Shown: positions 37,288 through 47,690, counted from the first letter of the stretch. The stretch: DNA of 47,690 bases from Bdellovibrionota bacterium (GCA_041739995.1 JBGSMV010000058.1:1-47690), one strand, 5' to 3'. Notes: a model not told the origin generated them from the sequence alone. Numbers and translations are program-made.

Positions 37288-38508
37288 CTAGCGCGCAGAT
37301 GATTGTTGCACCCGCTTTGCCATTTCCCTCGCAATTACCACGCGCTGAATCTGATTTGTGCCTTCAACGATCTGAAGCATCTTAGCTTCACGCATCAATC
37401 TCTCTACGCGGTAATCTTTCAAATATCCCGCTCCCCCTAAGAGCTGCACTGCGTCGGTGGTGATTTTCATGGCCGCGTCAGTTGCAAAACATTTTGCATA
37501 ACTAGGCAGGGAGCGATTCTCGGAAGCACCAAAGTCTGCGTCGAGACTCGTTGCGGCTTCTCTAGTAAGTAGCCGCGCTGCTTCATGCTGGATTTGCATG
37601 TCAGCAAGCATGAACTGCAGACCCTGGAATTCGATCAACGGTGAGCCGAACTGAGTTCTTTCGGCCAGGTGCGCGAGCGACAGATCTATTGCCGCGCGTG
37701 AAAGGCCGGTAGCACAAGAAGCAATAGTAACGCGTCCGCGCGCCAGACCACCGAGCGCGACCTTGTATCCATGCGAAGGATTTCCAAGGATGTTTTCTTT
37801 CGGCAAGCGCACTTCATCGAACGAAAGGCTGGCTATTGGCGAAAGCTCGCAACCCATTTTGATATCAGGTTTAGAAACAGAAAAGCCCGGACGATCTTGT
37901 GGTTTGGCTCCGGCTTCAGGCGCGTCAACAAGTAGGGCAGTGAACGCATCCGGTCCAAGTTCTGGGGCACGCGCGAAAACTACGTACACGTCCGCAAAAC
38001 CTGCGCTGGTGATGTAGCACTTTTCTCCGGAGAGAATTACGGAGTCACCGTCTAGTCTCACCGTTGTTTTTAAAGCGCGCGCATCCGATCCGGCCGAAGG
38101 TTCTGAGAGTGCAAACGCACCTAGTAACTTTCCTTTAGCCATCTGGGGTAGGAAACGCTTTTTAATGGCAGCACTCCCCGACTGCTGAATGATGCCGCAC
38201 ACCATGTTGTGTACGCCCATGAAAATGGCGGGACCAAGGTCTGCTGCCGCCAGCTCTTCGGAGATAATGGAGCTGGTAACGGCCCCCGCTTCTATTCCGC
38301 CGAACTCCTCTGCGACCTGGAGGCCGCAAATCCCCAAGGCCCCGAGAGATTCAAACAGCGTTTTTGGTACAGAGTTGTAAAACTCCTGAGTCTGAAAGCG
38401 TGGAAGTTCTTGTTCACAGAGTCGTTTGACACTGCGACGCATCTCACACTGCTCAGGACTTTCGCTTAGGAGAGGAATTGGTCGAGTTGAGTCGGTTATG
38501 TTGCTCAT
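37288..38508 (-). CDS. Acyl-CoA dehydrogenase
   Basis: GAFALSEPSAGSD, GEKCYIT, RTQFG, QLLGGAGY, EGTNQIQR. Confidence 0.95.
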   Translation of the reverse strand: MSNITDSTRPIPLLSESPEQCEMRRSVKRLCEQELPRFQTQEFYNSVPKTLFESLGALGICGLQVAEEFGGIEAGAVTSSIISEELAAADLGPAIFMGVHNMVCGIIQQSGSAAIKKRFLPQMAKGKLLGAFALSEPSAGSDARALKTTVRLDGDSVILSGEKCYITSAGFADVYVVFARAPELGPDAFTALLVDAPEAGAKPQDRPGFSVSKPDIKMGCELSPIASLSFDEVRLPKENILGNPSHGYKVALGGLARGRVTIASCATGLSRAAIDLSLAHLAERTQFGSPLIEFQGLQFMLADMQIQHEAARLLTREAATSLDADFGASENRSLPSYAKCFATDAAMKITTDAVQLLGGAGYLKDYRVERLMREAKMLQIVEGTNQIQRVVIAREMAKRVQQSSAR

Positions 38509-39178
38509 ACGCCGTTCTGAAAATTTTTATTCATGAGAAAGTCTAAATGAATCGAGCATTATCGCTAGATATCCACAGATGCCAAGGGTTCTCTTGAATA
38601 ATTCTAATCTTGACGGAAGTAGCGGAACTTGTGAGCTTCCCTAAGGCAGAAGGTGTATCTCGGCTTGCGAGTCTTTTGGGAAGGCTTCTTAAGCCTGTTT
38701 TCGTCGTGAATCGAATGAAGACAGGGTAGGAGAGCGTGCTTTAAGAGGCTAGGAGGTTCGGGGTATGTGGATTCAATAGGTTTTCCGCGAGCGTTTTTGG
38801 TGTCAGCGTACGAATGGGTAGCGACATTTTATTAGCTGGACGGATTTTGTTCGTTCGGTATTTAATTAAGTGTCGTTGTCTTTCAGTACGTTGGTGAATT
38901 GAAAGCGCGACGCGGGATTAGCGTGAGAGCTTGCAACGAACGCTAACTGAAGTTTTTGCTGATTCTGCGCTAGCTAGATTGGGATTTAGCTGGACTGGGA
39001 TTGAGCTCGCCGGAAGATGTTCCAATGGCCATGAGCCTCGAATTTGAGTCTGCACTTTTCTGAGTGTGGAAACTTTCAGGGAGCTGGGCATCGGGAAAGT
39101 CTCTGGTAGTCATGAGGTTGAAGTTGGGTTCAGAACATTAATTTTGATTTTTGTGTAACGTTTATTTAGGAGGCATTC

Positions 39179-40399
39179 ATGCGTAAATCATTGCTTGTTG
39201 CCACAGCTTTATTGCTGTCAGCGCCTGCAGTTTCGCAAGCAAAAAGTCTTGAGGAGCTCCTCGTAGAAAAGGGAGTTATTTCAAAGGCTGAGGCAAGAGG
39301 CTCAATGAGCTCTTCCGGTGCGAAAGTTTGGTGGAACGAAGGAACTCGACTTGAGTTCGCGGACAGTGGTCTTACCACTGGCTTTGCGACTCACCTTGAG
39401 TCCCGTTATTCGTACTTTGACTTTGATGAGGACATTTCTGGCTCGAACATTTCGAGCTTCGATGTCACCAAGGCTCGTGTCATCTTGTCCGGGTCTGCGC
39501 TTCATAACGAATTCGAGTACTACATGAACGCGGATTTCGTTGGTGCAGGCGACAACTCGGTGAACACTGGTTCCACAAATCTGCTTGATGCGTGGATTCA
39601 GTGGAATGCTTGTGATTGGGCTTCCGCCAAGATGGGGCAGTTCAAGACCTTGGTATCTCGTCAGTTCAACACAGAGGACTACAAACTCCAGTTCCCAGAT
39701 CGTGCTTTTGCGACACAGCTATTCAATGCTGGTCGACAAGGCGGTATGTCTGGCATGGCGGACTTCTCTGAAGGGCAGTTCCAGGTATCAGGAATGGTAT
39801 CTAACGGAAGCAGCACAGGAGAAGGGATAAATGCTCCTGGTATGGATACTGACGTTGGTGGTGCTATCGCGGTTCGATACAACCAAGGTGGTATTGATGC
39901 GATGTCAGAGTCTGATGTGGAGCACTCAGAAGAGCTTGGCTTCACGGCTGGCGCAGCGTACTACGTCGACACTGGCTCAACTGCTGGAGTTAACCGAGAC
40001 TTTAGTCTTATCAGCGTCGATACGATGTTGAAGATTGAAGGTTTCAGCTTCGCTGCAGAGTACTATGTTGCTGATATTGACCCTGATGCTGGGGACAGTG
40101 TTACGCCGCAGGGCTTCTATGCACAGGCTGGATACTTCCTCATTCCGAAGAAGTTCGAACTTGCAGTTCGTTATGGCTACATTGATGGCGATGACGGCGG
40201 CTTGATCGCTTCAACCGGAACTGCTTCAACTCCGGCTGATTCGGTTGACGAAGTTAACGTGGCACTTAACTACTACTTCTGGGCTCACTACCTGAAGGCA
40301 TCAGTTGGGTACACGCACATCCGAATCAACCCAGAAGACTCTTCACTTGATGAGGCTAACCTCAACAAGTGGATGCTTCAGTTGAGCGGATACTTCTAA
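39179..40399 (+). CDS. Outer-membrane porin (OprO/OprP-like)
   Basis: Signal peptide, LEELLVEKGVIS, MGQFKT, GFYAQAGYF, beta-strand pattern, terminal Phe. Confidence 0.8.
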   Translation: MRKSLLVATALLLSAPAVSQAKSLEELLVEKGVISKAEARGSMSSSGAKVWWNEGTRLEFADSGLTTGFATHLESRYSYFDFDEDISGSNISSFDVTKARVILSGSALHNEFEYYMNADFVGAGDNSVNTGSTNLLDAWIQWNACDWASAKMGQFKTLVSRQFNTEDYKLQFPDRAFATQLFNAGRQGGMSGMADFSEGQFQVSGMVSNGSSTGEGINAPGMDTDVGGAIAVRYNQGGIDAMSESDVEHSEELGFTAGAAYYVDTGSTAGVNRDFSLISVDTMLKIEGFSFAAEYYVADIDPDAGDSVTPQGFYAQAGYFLIPKKFELAVRYGYIDGDDGGLIASTGTASTPADSVDEVNVALNYYFWAHYLKASVGYTHIRINPEDSSLDEANLNKWMLQLSGYF

Positions 40400-40419
40400 C
40401 CACTTGGTCAGAAGGCATG

Positions 40420-40502
40420 TTCAACCCGTCCTGCTGTTCGGGGGCGGGTTGAATATACGAAGGGCCTCAGTCGCTGCGAAATCAGCGACTGAGGCCCTTT
40501 TC
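40420..40502 (+). terminator. Double hairpin/terminator after the porin gene
   Basis: ttcaacccgtcc../gggcgggttgaa, then the perfect aagggcctcagtcgctg/cagcgactgaggccctt followed by T residues. Confidence 0.8.
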
Positions 40503-40569
40503 ATTTGGGCCGGCACTCGACGTATGGGGACCTGAGCCTGATCTGTACGCGAGGTTGTGCGCCTTTCCA

Positions 40570-40648
40570 GGTTCACCACAGAGGGCTCTGAGTTTCACAG
40601 AGGGGAGAATCTTACCTCTGTGTACCTCCGTGCCCTCGGTGGTGAACC
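40570..40648. repeat. Long imperfect palindrome (CACCACAGAG-type REP-like element)
   Basis: ggttcaccacagaggg..cacagagg / cctctgtg..ccctcggtggtgaacc. Confidence 0.7.
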
Positions 40649-40704
40649 AAAACTGTCGTTGGGCAACGTCATTGGAAGTTGAAGCGAGAAGGCTGTGCAC
40701 GCCT

Positions 40705-41358
40705 TTAGCGAGGGCCGTCTCCTGCTTTCTGTGTGGTCCGTCCCAGTGGCAACAGCACGCGGGGAAGGCGTTTCATCGAAGGGGCTCTCGAGACCACACT
40801 CGCGACTTCGCTGAGAGCGTGGGCGTGCGGAGCGACCCGTCGGAGCACTTCAAGGAAGCTAGTAAGGTAATCTCTTTCTTCGTCGTTTGAAGAGCACTCC
40901 AGCGAAGCTGCTTCCTGTCCAGCCATGGCAGACCCAGTTGAGAAGATGTCCATTGTCGGATTTACAAACGGGTTGCCGATCTCAGAATTTTCCAGCTGGA
41001 GTAGCCGCTTTTCAATCAAACGAGCAGGATCTACCCAGAACTCAAAGTCATCGGCGTCACAGAGCGAGAGACCACTTCTCCAAAGAAACACGTTCCTCTC
41101 AGTTTCAACCAGGAACCAAATGGGAAAAAACTCGGCGTTTGGTGGAACAATAAGTTTCCTGGAAATGAACTCGGTCTCTAGAGTTTTCATGAAGGAAGAA
41201 AGCAGGGCTCCAGCGGGCAGAGGGTTCGTCTGTGGGTGGCAAGGTAGAGGAGACAGCTCCGCGCCCGCGCTGACGGGTGCGCAAGATGGATCTGGGACCT
41301 GGTGTTCAATTTTGTTCGCTGACCAGAAACTTCGTGCGGAGCTAAATGGCATAACCAT
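40705..41358 (-). CDS. Hypothetical protein
   Basis: Long ORF filling the gap; start uncertain; no recognisable motif. Confidence 0.5.
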   Translation of the reverse strand: MVMPFSSARSFWSANKIEHQVPDPSCAPVSAGAELSPLPCHPQTNPLPAGALLSSFMKTLETEFISRKLIVPPNAEFFPIWFLVETERNVFLWRSGLSLCDADDFEFWVDPARLIEKRLLQLENSEIGNPFVNPTMDIFSTGSAMAGQEAASLECSSNDEERDYLTSFLEVLRRVAPHAHALSEVASVVSRAPSMKRLPRVLLPLGRTTQKAGDGPR

Positions 41359-41481
41359 GTGAATTCTCTCAGGGGGGTTAGAAGACACGCGGTGAACACG
41401 AAACGACAGCGATATCAGAAGCAAAATGCGCACCAAATTCACCTCACCGCTGTTGGCTCAGGTGATTTTGAGATTCTTGCG

Positions 41482-41553
41482 TAGGAGTCTGTGCCACAGG
41501 TACAGGAGAGCGAAGGCGGACCCTCATAAACAGGGCTGTGTCACAAACTCCTA
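41482..41553 (+). repeat. 72-bp MITE-like element copy D
   Basis: taggagtctgtg...cacaaactccta. Confidence 0.85.
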
Positions 41554-41698
41554 TGTCGACTTCAAGGCACTCGAATAGATTCGATTTTCCCCAAGGGCGA
41601 GATCTCGGGTATAAAACAACAATTCAACAGTCCGTGGCGTGTCTGTATGGTGGATTCAGGACTTGATTCAGTTGAAGTCGGTAAATAGGGAGTTAGGA

Positions 41699-42865
41699 AT
41701 GGCCAATCGAGAACTCCGCATGGTGCACTTTGCCGACCCACATCTTGGATATCGACGATTTCATAGACTGAATAAGTTCGGATTCAATCAGCGTGAAGTT
41801 GATGTGAATCAGGCTTTTAAAGAGTGCATTGATCGCTCTATCGCGCTCAAGCCAGATATCGTTCTTTGTGCCGGCGATCTGTTTCACACAGTACGTCCTT
41901 CGAACGCGGTAATTACTTTTGCCTTTAGAGAACTCACTCGACTATCCCAGCGCCTCAAAGTCCCCATTGTCTTGATCGCAGGCAATCATGATACGCCACG
42001 ACGGAGTGATAGCGGATCACTACTTCGGTTATTTTGCGAAATCCCACAGGTGTACGTGGCAGATGCAGAACTAGAGCGCTTCGATTTCCCAGAGCTTGAG
42101 CTGTCCGTGACCTGCCTGCCACATGCCGCCTTATTGGATCCAAAGCTTGAATCGCTCAGGGCGGACGAAAGACGACGCTTCAATGTGTTGGTCGCTCATG
42201 GGCAATTTGACGCTCGCCTGGTCAGCGATTTTGGAGGAGTGGACATTCCCTACACCAAGCTATTTCCACATGAATGGGACTATGCAGCTCTGGGTCACGT
42301 GCACTCGCGCCTAGATGTGGGTACCAATGGCGCCTATGCCGGATCATTAGAGCACACAGCTACTGATATTTGGCGTGGAGCAAGAGAGCCTAAAGGGTTC
42401 CTTCTGGTCGAACTGCCCAAAGGCACAAGGACGTTTCACTCACTCACAAGTCCGCGGGAAGTCGTCGTTCTTGATGCCATTGATGCGCGCCACTTGTCAG
42501 CTCCTGAAGTGACGACTCGTATCTGCGCTGCACTCGAAAGCGTGCCGGGTGGGATTGAAGGGAAAATGGTGCGGCTCGAAATCAACAATTTGCCGCGTGA
42601 AGTAATGCGTGCAGTGGATCACAAGGCTATTCGTTCCTATCGCACCAAGGCGCTGAATCTTTCGCTTGAGATTCGACCTCCGCAGCGTGGGGAAGGAGAG
42701 CGGCAGCATTCTGCGCGCAGCAAACGTTCCTTGGGCGAGGAGCTTAGACTCTTTGCTGAACATTGGCCGCAGAAGTCAGCGCGCACCCCGTCAATAGTAC
42801 AGACAGTAGACCGTTTTTTAACCCAAGTTGAGGAGCAGAATGAAACTCGTCTCTCTCACACTTGA
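41699..42865 (+). CDS. sbcD: SbcD/Mre11 nuclease
   Basis: FADPHLG, AGDLFH, AGNHD, AHG, LGHVH, YAGSLE. Confidence 0.92.
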   Translation: MANRELRMVHFADPHLGYRRFHRLNKFGFNQREVDVNQAFKECIDRSIALKPDIVLCAGDLFHTVRPSNAVITFAFRELTRLSQRLKVPIVLIAGNHDTPRRSDSGSLLRLFCEIPQVYVADAELERFDFPELELSVTCLPHAALLDPKLESLRADERRRFNVLVAHGQFDARLVSDFGGVDIPYTKLFPHEWDYAALGHVHSRLDVGTNGAYAGSLEHTATDIWRGAREPKGFLLVELPKGTRTFHSLTSPREVVVLDAIDARHLSAPEVTTRICAALESVPGGIEGKMVRLEINNLPREVMRAVDHKAIRSYRTKALNLSLEIRPPQRGEGERQHSARSKRSLGEELRLFAEHWPQKSARTPSIVQTVDRFLTQVEEQNETRLSHT

Positions 42866-44969
42866 GTATTTTCGTCAGTATCGAGCAGTGACTGTTCCGT
42901 TCGCCGATGGACTTACTGGCATCATTGGACCAAACGGCGCCGGTAAAACCACTTTGCTTGAAGGTATAGCGTTTGCGCTTTTTGGATCGCGCGGCTTGAG
43001 GGGCAAGGTCGATGAAGTGCTACAGCGTGGGGCTCCGCGCGGAAGTGTCCCTTTGGCACAACTGACTTTTGAGCACGATGGTCAAGTGTTTCGCGTAGAA
43101 CGTCGCGGAGGAGAAGCGAGCCTCTACCAAGGAGGCGAACCGACTCCGCTGGCGAGCGGCTCACGGGACGTGAGCTCGTTTGTTTCCGGCGTGGTTCGCA
43201 TGTCCTATGAAGAGTTCTTTGCCACCTATTTTACCGAACAAAAGGGGCTTGAATTTCTGTCTGGGCAAAAGGGGGCTGCGGAGCGTGAGCGCTTTATCGT
43301 GCGGCTGCTGGGCTATGATCGATTTGAAAAGGTTCAAGAGCTTCTCAGAGCAGAGCGAAGGGATATAAAAACTGATCTGATGGGGCGCGAATCTGCGCTT
43401 GGGGAGCGCGCTCAGTTGGAGCAAAGATTAGAGCGTGAGGTGCGAGAAACCAGCGCCTTGGAGAAGGCGTTGCTGGAGGCGGCGCAATCACTCGCACAGG
43501 TCGAAACGCAAGCTGCTCAGGCTAAGCGTGGATTTCTTGAAATCGAAGCTCGCCGGGTGATTTTCCAGAAAGCTGCTGTTGAACTAAAGGAGTTAGAAGC
43601 CCGGGTTGCTGAGCGGGTGCGACTGGAGAGCTCATTGCAAGCTCAAGGAGAAAGTCTCCACGTGCGAGAGCTAGCGCAGCGGGAAGCGCTCGGGATCTCG
43701 CCTCAGGCCGACTGGAAGGGCGTTCGTGAGCAGCTTGCGCAGCATTTGAAAGAGCTCAGCGATTTGCGACGGGCAGGGGAGAAAGAGCTTAAGGAACGGG
43801 AGCAAGAGTGGCAGCGCCTACAGAGCGAAGCCGAGACAAAGCTGAGAGTGGTAGAGGCCCAGCATTCGGAGCGTTGTTCCCGAGTTGAGCGGCTACGAGC
43901 GTTGACTGATCACGGAGAGTGCCCGACCTGCGGACAGGTGCTGGGAAGTGGGTTTGAGGGTGTGCTGACCTCACAAGGGCTTGAGCTTTCTCTGATAGAT
44001 CAAGCAAAGATTGAGGCGACTCAAACGTTTGCGAATGCCAAAAGTGCTCCTGCCATGGTGACTGAGCTTCGCAATAAATTGCAGGCCAGTGGCGAGGCGG
44101 AGGAGGCCGCCCGAGCGCGTGCAACGGCCTTCGAGACCATTAATCAGGTGTCACAGGAGCGGGCTTCAATCTCGGAGCGTCTTGCCGCACTTTCAAGCGA
44201 AACGGCAGCTTTGGTGGCTCAGGCCGAGCAGCTCCGCCAGGCCGCTGCGCAAAGTAATTTTTCCGAAGAACAGTACCTGAGAGAGAAAGCTGCGTTTGAA
44301 ACCAGCCAAAGTCTTGAATCGACCGCACGACTACGACGCGTGAAGGTCGAAGGTGAACATGGAGCCAAACAAGGCATGGCAGAGAGAACCCGGGCGGAGT
44401 TGGTGACGTTTGATGGTAAACGACGAGAACTTGAACAGCGCAAGGAACTTCTCGTGACGCTTGATGAGTCAGACACTTTCCTTACTGATTTTCGATCGTA
44501 CGTGAATGGATCTATTCGTCCGCGCTTGGCAGAGCTTGCCAGTGAATTTATTACCGAGCTGACTGATGGTCGTTACACAGCCGTTGAAGTGGCACGGGAT
44601 TTCTCGCCTACCGTAATTGAAGACGGAGAGCAGAAAGCAGTTATCAGCGGAGGAGAGGAGGATATTCTTAATTTGTGTATGCGCTTCGCGCTTTCGCAAA
44701 TGTTGGCCGAGCGCGCGGGGCATACTTTCTCATTAATGGTGCTCGATGAAGTTTTTGGATCGCTTGACGAGCAGCGTCGCATAAATGTGCTTCAGCTGAT
44801 GGAAAAATTATCAGAGCGCTTTGAGCAGATATTGATTGTGACTCACCTCGATGATGTGAAAGAAGGAGTGCGGCATCTTTATCAGGTTGAGTATGACGAG
44901 GCGACAGGACTGGCGAGCGTGCGTGGCCAGAATCATTCTTATGAAGTTGAACTTGCAGAGGCGGTTTGA
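42840..44969 (+). CDS. sbcC: SbcC/Rad50 SMC ATPase
   Basis: GPNGAGKT, zinc hook CPTCGQ, signature SGGE, LDEVFGSLD, VTH. Confidence 0.93.
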   Translation: MKLVSLTLEYFRQYRAVTVPFADGLTGIIGPNGAGKTTLLEGIAFALFGSRGLRGKVDEVLQRGAPRGSVPLAQLTFEHDGQVFRVERRGGEASLYQGGEPTPLASGSRDVSSFVSGVVRMSYEEFFATYFTEQKGLEFLSGQKGAAERERFIVRLLGYDRFEKVQELLRAERRDIKTDLMGRESALGERAQLEQRLEREVRETSALEKALLEAAQSLAQVETQAAQAKRGFLEIEARRVIFQKAAVELKELEARVAERVRLESSLQAQGESLHVRELAQREALGISPQADWKGVREQLAQHLKELSDLRRAGEKELKEREQEWQRLQSEAETKLRVVEAQHSERCSRVERLRALTDHGECPTCGQVLGSGFEGVLTSQGLELSLIDQAKIEATQTFANAKSAPAMVTELRNKLQASGEAEEAARARATAFETINQVSQERASISERLAALSSETAALVAQAEQLRQAAAQSNFSEEQYLREKAAFETSQSLESTARLRRVKVEGEHGAKQGMAERTRAELVTFDGKRRELEQRKELLVTLDESDTFLTDFRSYVNGSIRPRLAELASEFITELTDGRYTAVEVARDFSPTVIEDGEQKAVISGGEEDILNLCMRFALSQMLAERAGHTFSLMVLDEVFGSLDEQRRINVLQLMEKLSERFEQILIVTHLDDVKEGVRHLYQVEYDEATGLASVRGQNHSYEVELAEAV

Positions 44970-45177
44970 GCGGACATTCTCTGCAACTTTCCCCGTGTCC
45001 CCCGCGTTAGAAAATCCCATTTCGAATTTCCGCGGTAGCTGTCCTGGACTTGGAATGTGTGATTAGGGGTATTTTGCGCGCACCGTTGGCCAATGCCGCT
45101 GATTATTTAGTAACGCAGAGGTCGCGGGGGTCGCGGGGAGGTATCTCTCGCAGTGCTTCGAACCTGGACGGTAACTG

Positions 45178-46104
45178 CTAGGCAGCCTTTTTCGCGACCG
45201 TTGAAAGAAATCCATCAAGTCTTGTCATACGTAACTGTTCACCAAGCGCTTCTGGAATGTTCCGAAGTTCCAGAGTGGCGTTGTGGCCTTGAAGGGTTTG
45301 AGCGCACGAGATGATTGTTCCGACTGCGTCAGCGCCAAGGCTACCTTCAATATTTTTACAATCGAGAATCAAATGCTTGGCACCGATAAGCTGCATTCGA
45401 GCTAGGGCGTCCCTAACCTCATCGTGAAACATGCGGCTTGCCGAGGTCTGTTCGCCAATGCGATTTACGACTGGAGTAATTCGGAAGGCATTGTCGAGCA
45501 TGTCTATGGCGAGAATTGGACCTTCGATCTTTTGTTCAGGGAGTGTTTGGAGCCCCAAAGTCATGGTCAAACGCTCAAGCGCCTTCTGTTGCATTAGGGC
45601 TTCGGCCGAAGCACCGATTTGATTTGAGGCTTGGATGTCTATCGCAGAAGGAGCGCCATCGAACTTGGCTCGAATAGAAGCCACCGCATCCTCGGCAAGT
45701 ACTTTGATCGGTGAGTTGGCGCTGGTAAAGCCATATCGAACGAGAGATTCATGAACCGACTCGTTGGCACCGAGTATGCTCACTGAGCATCGCTTATTAG
45801 GATTAGTACCTTTCAAGTCGGGATGACTGGCATTAACAATTACGGACATCGTCTCGGCATCAAGTCGATCCAGTTTTGACAGATCGAAAACCACTTCTGG
45901 AACTTTGCTAAGCTTTAGTGCGCCGACTCGCGCGGCGAGGTGCTCTCTGGCATCGTCAGTGAGCCTGTGTCCTTGGCACGCGCAATCAGAGAGGGATATC
46001 AGAGCGGTATTGTTTCGAACTGCCAACTCTGTAAAGGACTGAAGACTCGCGGGAGAATCCGGTCCCCGCAGTTTTGTTTCGTCTTTGGAGGCTATTTCAC
46101 TCAT
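45178..46104 (-). CDS. Tandem STAS (anti-anti-sigma-like) domain protein
   Basis: VVFDLSKLDRLDAE and LILDCKNI..LGADAVG..LELRNI..LRMTRLD segments. Confidence 0.6.
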   Translation of the reverse strand: MSEIASKDETKLRGPDSPASLQSFTELAVRNNTALISLSDCACQGHRLTDDAREHLAARVGALKLSKVPEVVFDLSKLDRLDAETMSVIVNASHPDLKGTNPNKRCSVSILGANESVHESLVRYGFTSANSPIKVLAEDAVASIRAKFDGAPSAIDIQASNQIGASAEALMQQKALERLTMTLGLQTLPEQKIEGPILAIDMLDNAFRITPVVNRIGEQTSASRMFHDEVRDALARMQLIGAKHLILDCKNIEGSLGADAVGTIISCAQTLQGHNATLELRNIPEALGEQLRMTRLDGFLSTVAKKAA

Positions 46105-46380
46105 AAGGTTCGTCCCCTGCACCACATACTAGAGCTCTCTGAGGGATTAGCATCGGAGAATCTATGCCCCACGAATGCTTGGTCCAAGTAGTGAGGTTAT
46201 GGAGGCGCCCCGTTTCGAGGGGGCTGGCACCAGAACGCATGTTCTCTTGGAGCTGCTTAAGTCCTTGAACTAGCAAACTTTGCCTTCGAATTCGCCGCTA
46301 GACTCTGACGAACAGGACGCTGGAGCAAAGTACCCAAGTGCTTGAATTTCTAGGGATCATCCGCAATACTCTGTCGGCGT

Positions 46381-46728
46381 ATGAACGATGACACCATATT
46401 CTCTAAGATTATCAGGCGGGAGATCCCCGCGGACATCGTGTTTGAGTCCGACCAGGTCCTGGCTTTTCGAGATGTGAGCCCCCAGGCGCCCACCCATATT
46501 TTGGTAATCCCAAAGAAACCGCTGAAGGATGTGCTGGACGCCACGCCAGAGGATTGCGAGTTGCTGGGGAGGCTTCTGCTTGCTGCTGGACACATCGCCC
46601 GCTCTTTGGGCTTGGACCAAGACGGTTTTCGATTGGTAGTGAATACCGGAAGTGGTGCGGGTCAGACCGTTTTTCATTTACATATGCACATACTGGCTGG
46701 GCGAGACTTTGCCTGGCCGCCCGGATAA
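46381..46728 (+). CDS. hinT: Histidine triad nucleotide-binding protein
   Basis: IFSKIIRREIPA, GQTVFHLHMHIL, WPPG. Confidence 0.95.
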   Translation: MNDDTIFSKIIRREIPADIVFESDQVLAFRDVSPQAPTHILVIPKKPLKDVLDATPEDCELLGRLLLAAGHIARSLGLDQDGFRLVVNTGSGAGQTVFHLHMHILAGRDFAWPPG

Positions 46729-46793
46729 AGCAGGGGTTACCGAGAAAATCAGAAGCACTTATAAATTTGAAGATCGGTGGATAGAGGAAGAGC

Positions 46794-47585
46794 ATGACGG
46801 TAATGACTGACGAAGCAGTGCGCAAAGAGATTGTGGGTTCACGTGCGGAACTCACGATACAGCGCCCGCATCATTTGAATGCGTTGAATTCAGATGTGCT
46901 CTATTCCTTGCTGCTGCATCTTGAAAAAATAGGCAGTGCCCCGGAAGTTCACGCAGTACTCATCACTGGGCAGGGCGAGAAAGCTTTTGTTGCGGGTGCC
47001 GATGTTGCGTCCATGGCCCAGTTGGGACCTCGCGCCATTGCTGATTACGTAGAGCTTGGGCAACGCACGATGCGTGCCGTTGAGAAGTGTGCGGTGCCTG
47101 TTGTCGCCGCGGTGAATGGCTTCGCCTTAGGTGGTGGTCTTGAGCTGGCGCTTTCCTGTGACCTCATTGTTGCGTCCGACAAGGCCAAGATTGGGCAACC
47201 AGAAGTGAACTTAGGCATTATCCCCGGCTTCGGCGGAACCCAGCGTCTGATTCAGCGCTCAGGCGTAGGGGTTGCTCGGCGGCTTTGTCTTACAGGTGAG
47301 TTGATCCTTGCTGACGAAGCGCTGCGTTGTGGAGTGGTTGACTATGTGTTCCCGCACGCGGAACTTATGCAGAAGGCCCGAGACATATGCGATTTGATTG
47401 CTACTAAGGGACCGCTAGCAGTGCGTGGAGCGAAGCGGGTGATTCGAGAGTCTCAGGAGCAAGTGCTGCTCGCAGGGCTCCGATTAGAAGTAGAAGAGTT
47501 TTTGAAATTGTTTACTACTTCGGATCGCGAAGTAGGCATGGAAGCATTTATGAAGAAAAGCGAAGCTCGATTTACTGGACGGTGA
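46794..47585 (+). CDS. Enoyl-CoA hydratase/crotonase
   Basis: AFVAGAD, NGFALGGGLELALSCD, GQPEVNLGIIPGFGGTQRL. Confidence 0.95.
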   Translation: MTVMTDEAVRKEIVGSRAELTIQRPHHLNALNSDVLYSLLLHLEKIGSAPEVHAVLITGQGEKAFVAGADVASMAQLGPRAIADYVELGQRTMRAVEKCAVPVVAAVNGFALGGGLELALSCDLIVASDKAKIGQPEVNLGIIPGFGGTQRLIQRSGVGVARRLCLTGELILADEALRCGVVDYVFPHAELMQKARDICDLIATKGPLAVRGAKRVIRESQEQVLLAGLRLEVEEFLKLFTTSDREVGMEAFMKKSEARFTGR

Positions 47586-47690
47586 TTGGCTGGTCGGTGA
47601 GTTGCCGCTAATGGAAGCACGAGGGCTTTCGAGTGAAGAAGTATGAAGGTACGTAATAAATGACTTGGGAAGATGGATTTGTTTTCGACC

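Noticed and set aside
41699..44969. SMC-based defence system (Wadjet/Lamassu)
   Set aside because: Mre11-type nuclease plus zinc-hook Rad50 in a housekeeping context is canonical SbcCD; no kleisin or effector genes.

Overview
Bacterial chromosomal window, mostly housekeeping and signalling genes: response regulators, a hybrid kinase, 6S RNA-ygfA-ymdB, OmpA, pyk, an adenosine deaminase-like gene, dprA, hppA, tlyA, tRNA-Lys, an acyl-CoA dehydrogenase, a porin, sbcDC, HIT and an enoyl-CoA hydratase. The stand-out feature is a visibly more AT-rich accessory region starting at the 3' end of tRNA-His (18129-18205). It is a tandem array of about five compact modules. Each module ends in a conserved ~105-bp att-like site that terminates in a copy of the tRNA 3' end (CCACCCCA); the last site is decayed and lacks this core. 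Except for the empty module 2, each carries a complete operon with its own regulator and operator palindrome: (1) GIY-YIG plus a GbsR/SRPBCC/TIGR01777/DCC1 operon, (2) an empty deleted sister of module 1, (3) Fic-HTH, (4) a CsoR-regulated copper operon, (5) arsR-arsM. No integrase is visible in the window, so this looks like an integrase-less, tRNA-anchored cassette array (inference). A small MITE-like family with GGAGTCTGTG ends (4 copies) and REP-like hairpins are dispersed through the window. All protein calls come from motif recognition only; no database searches were run.
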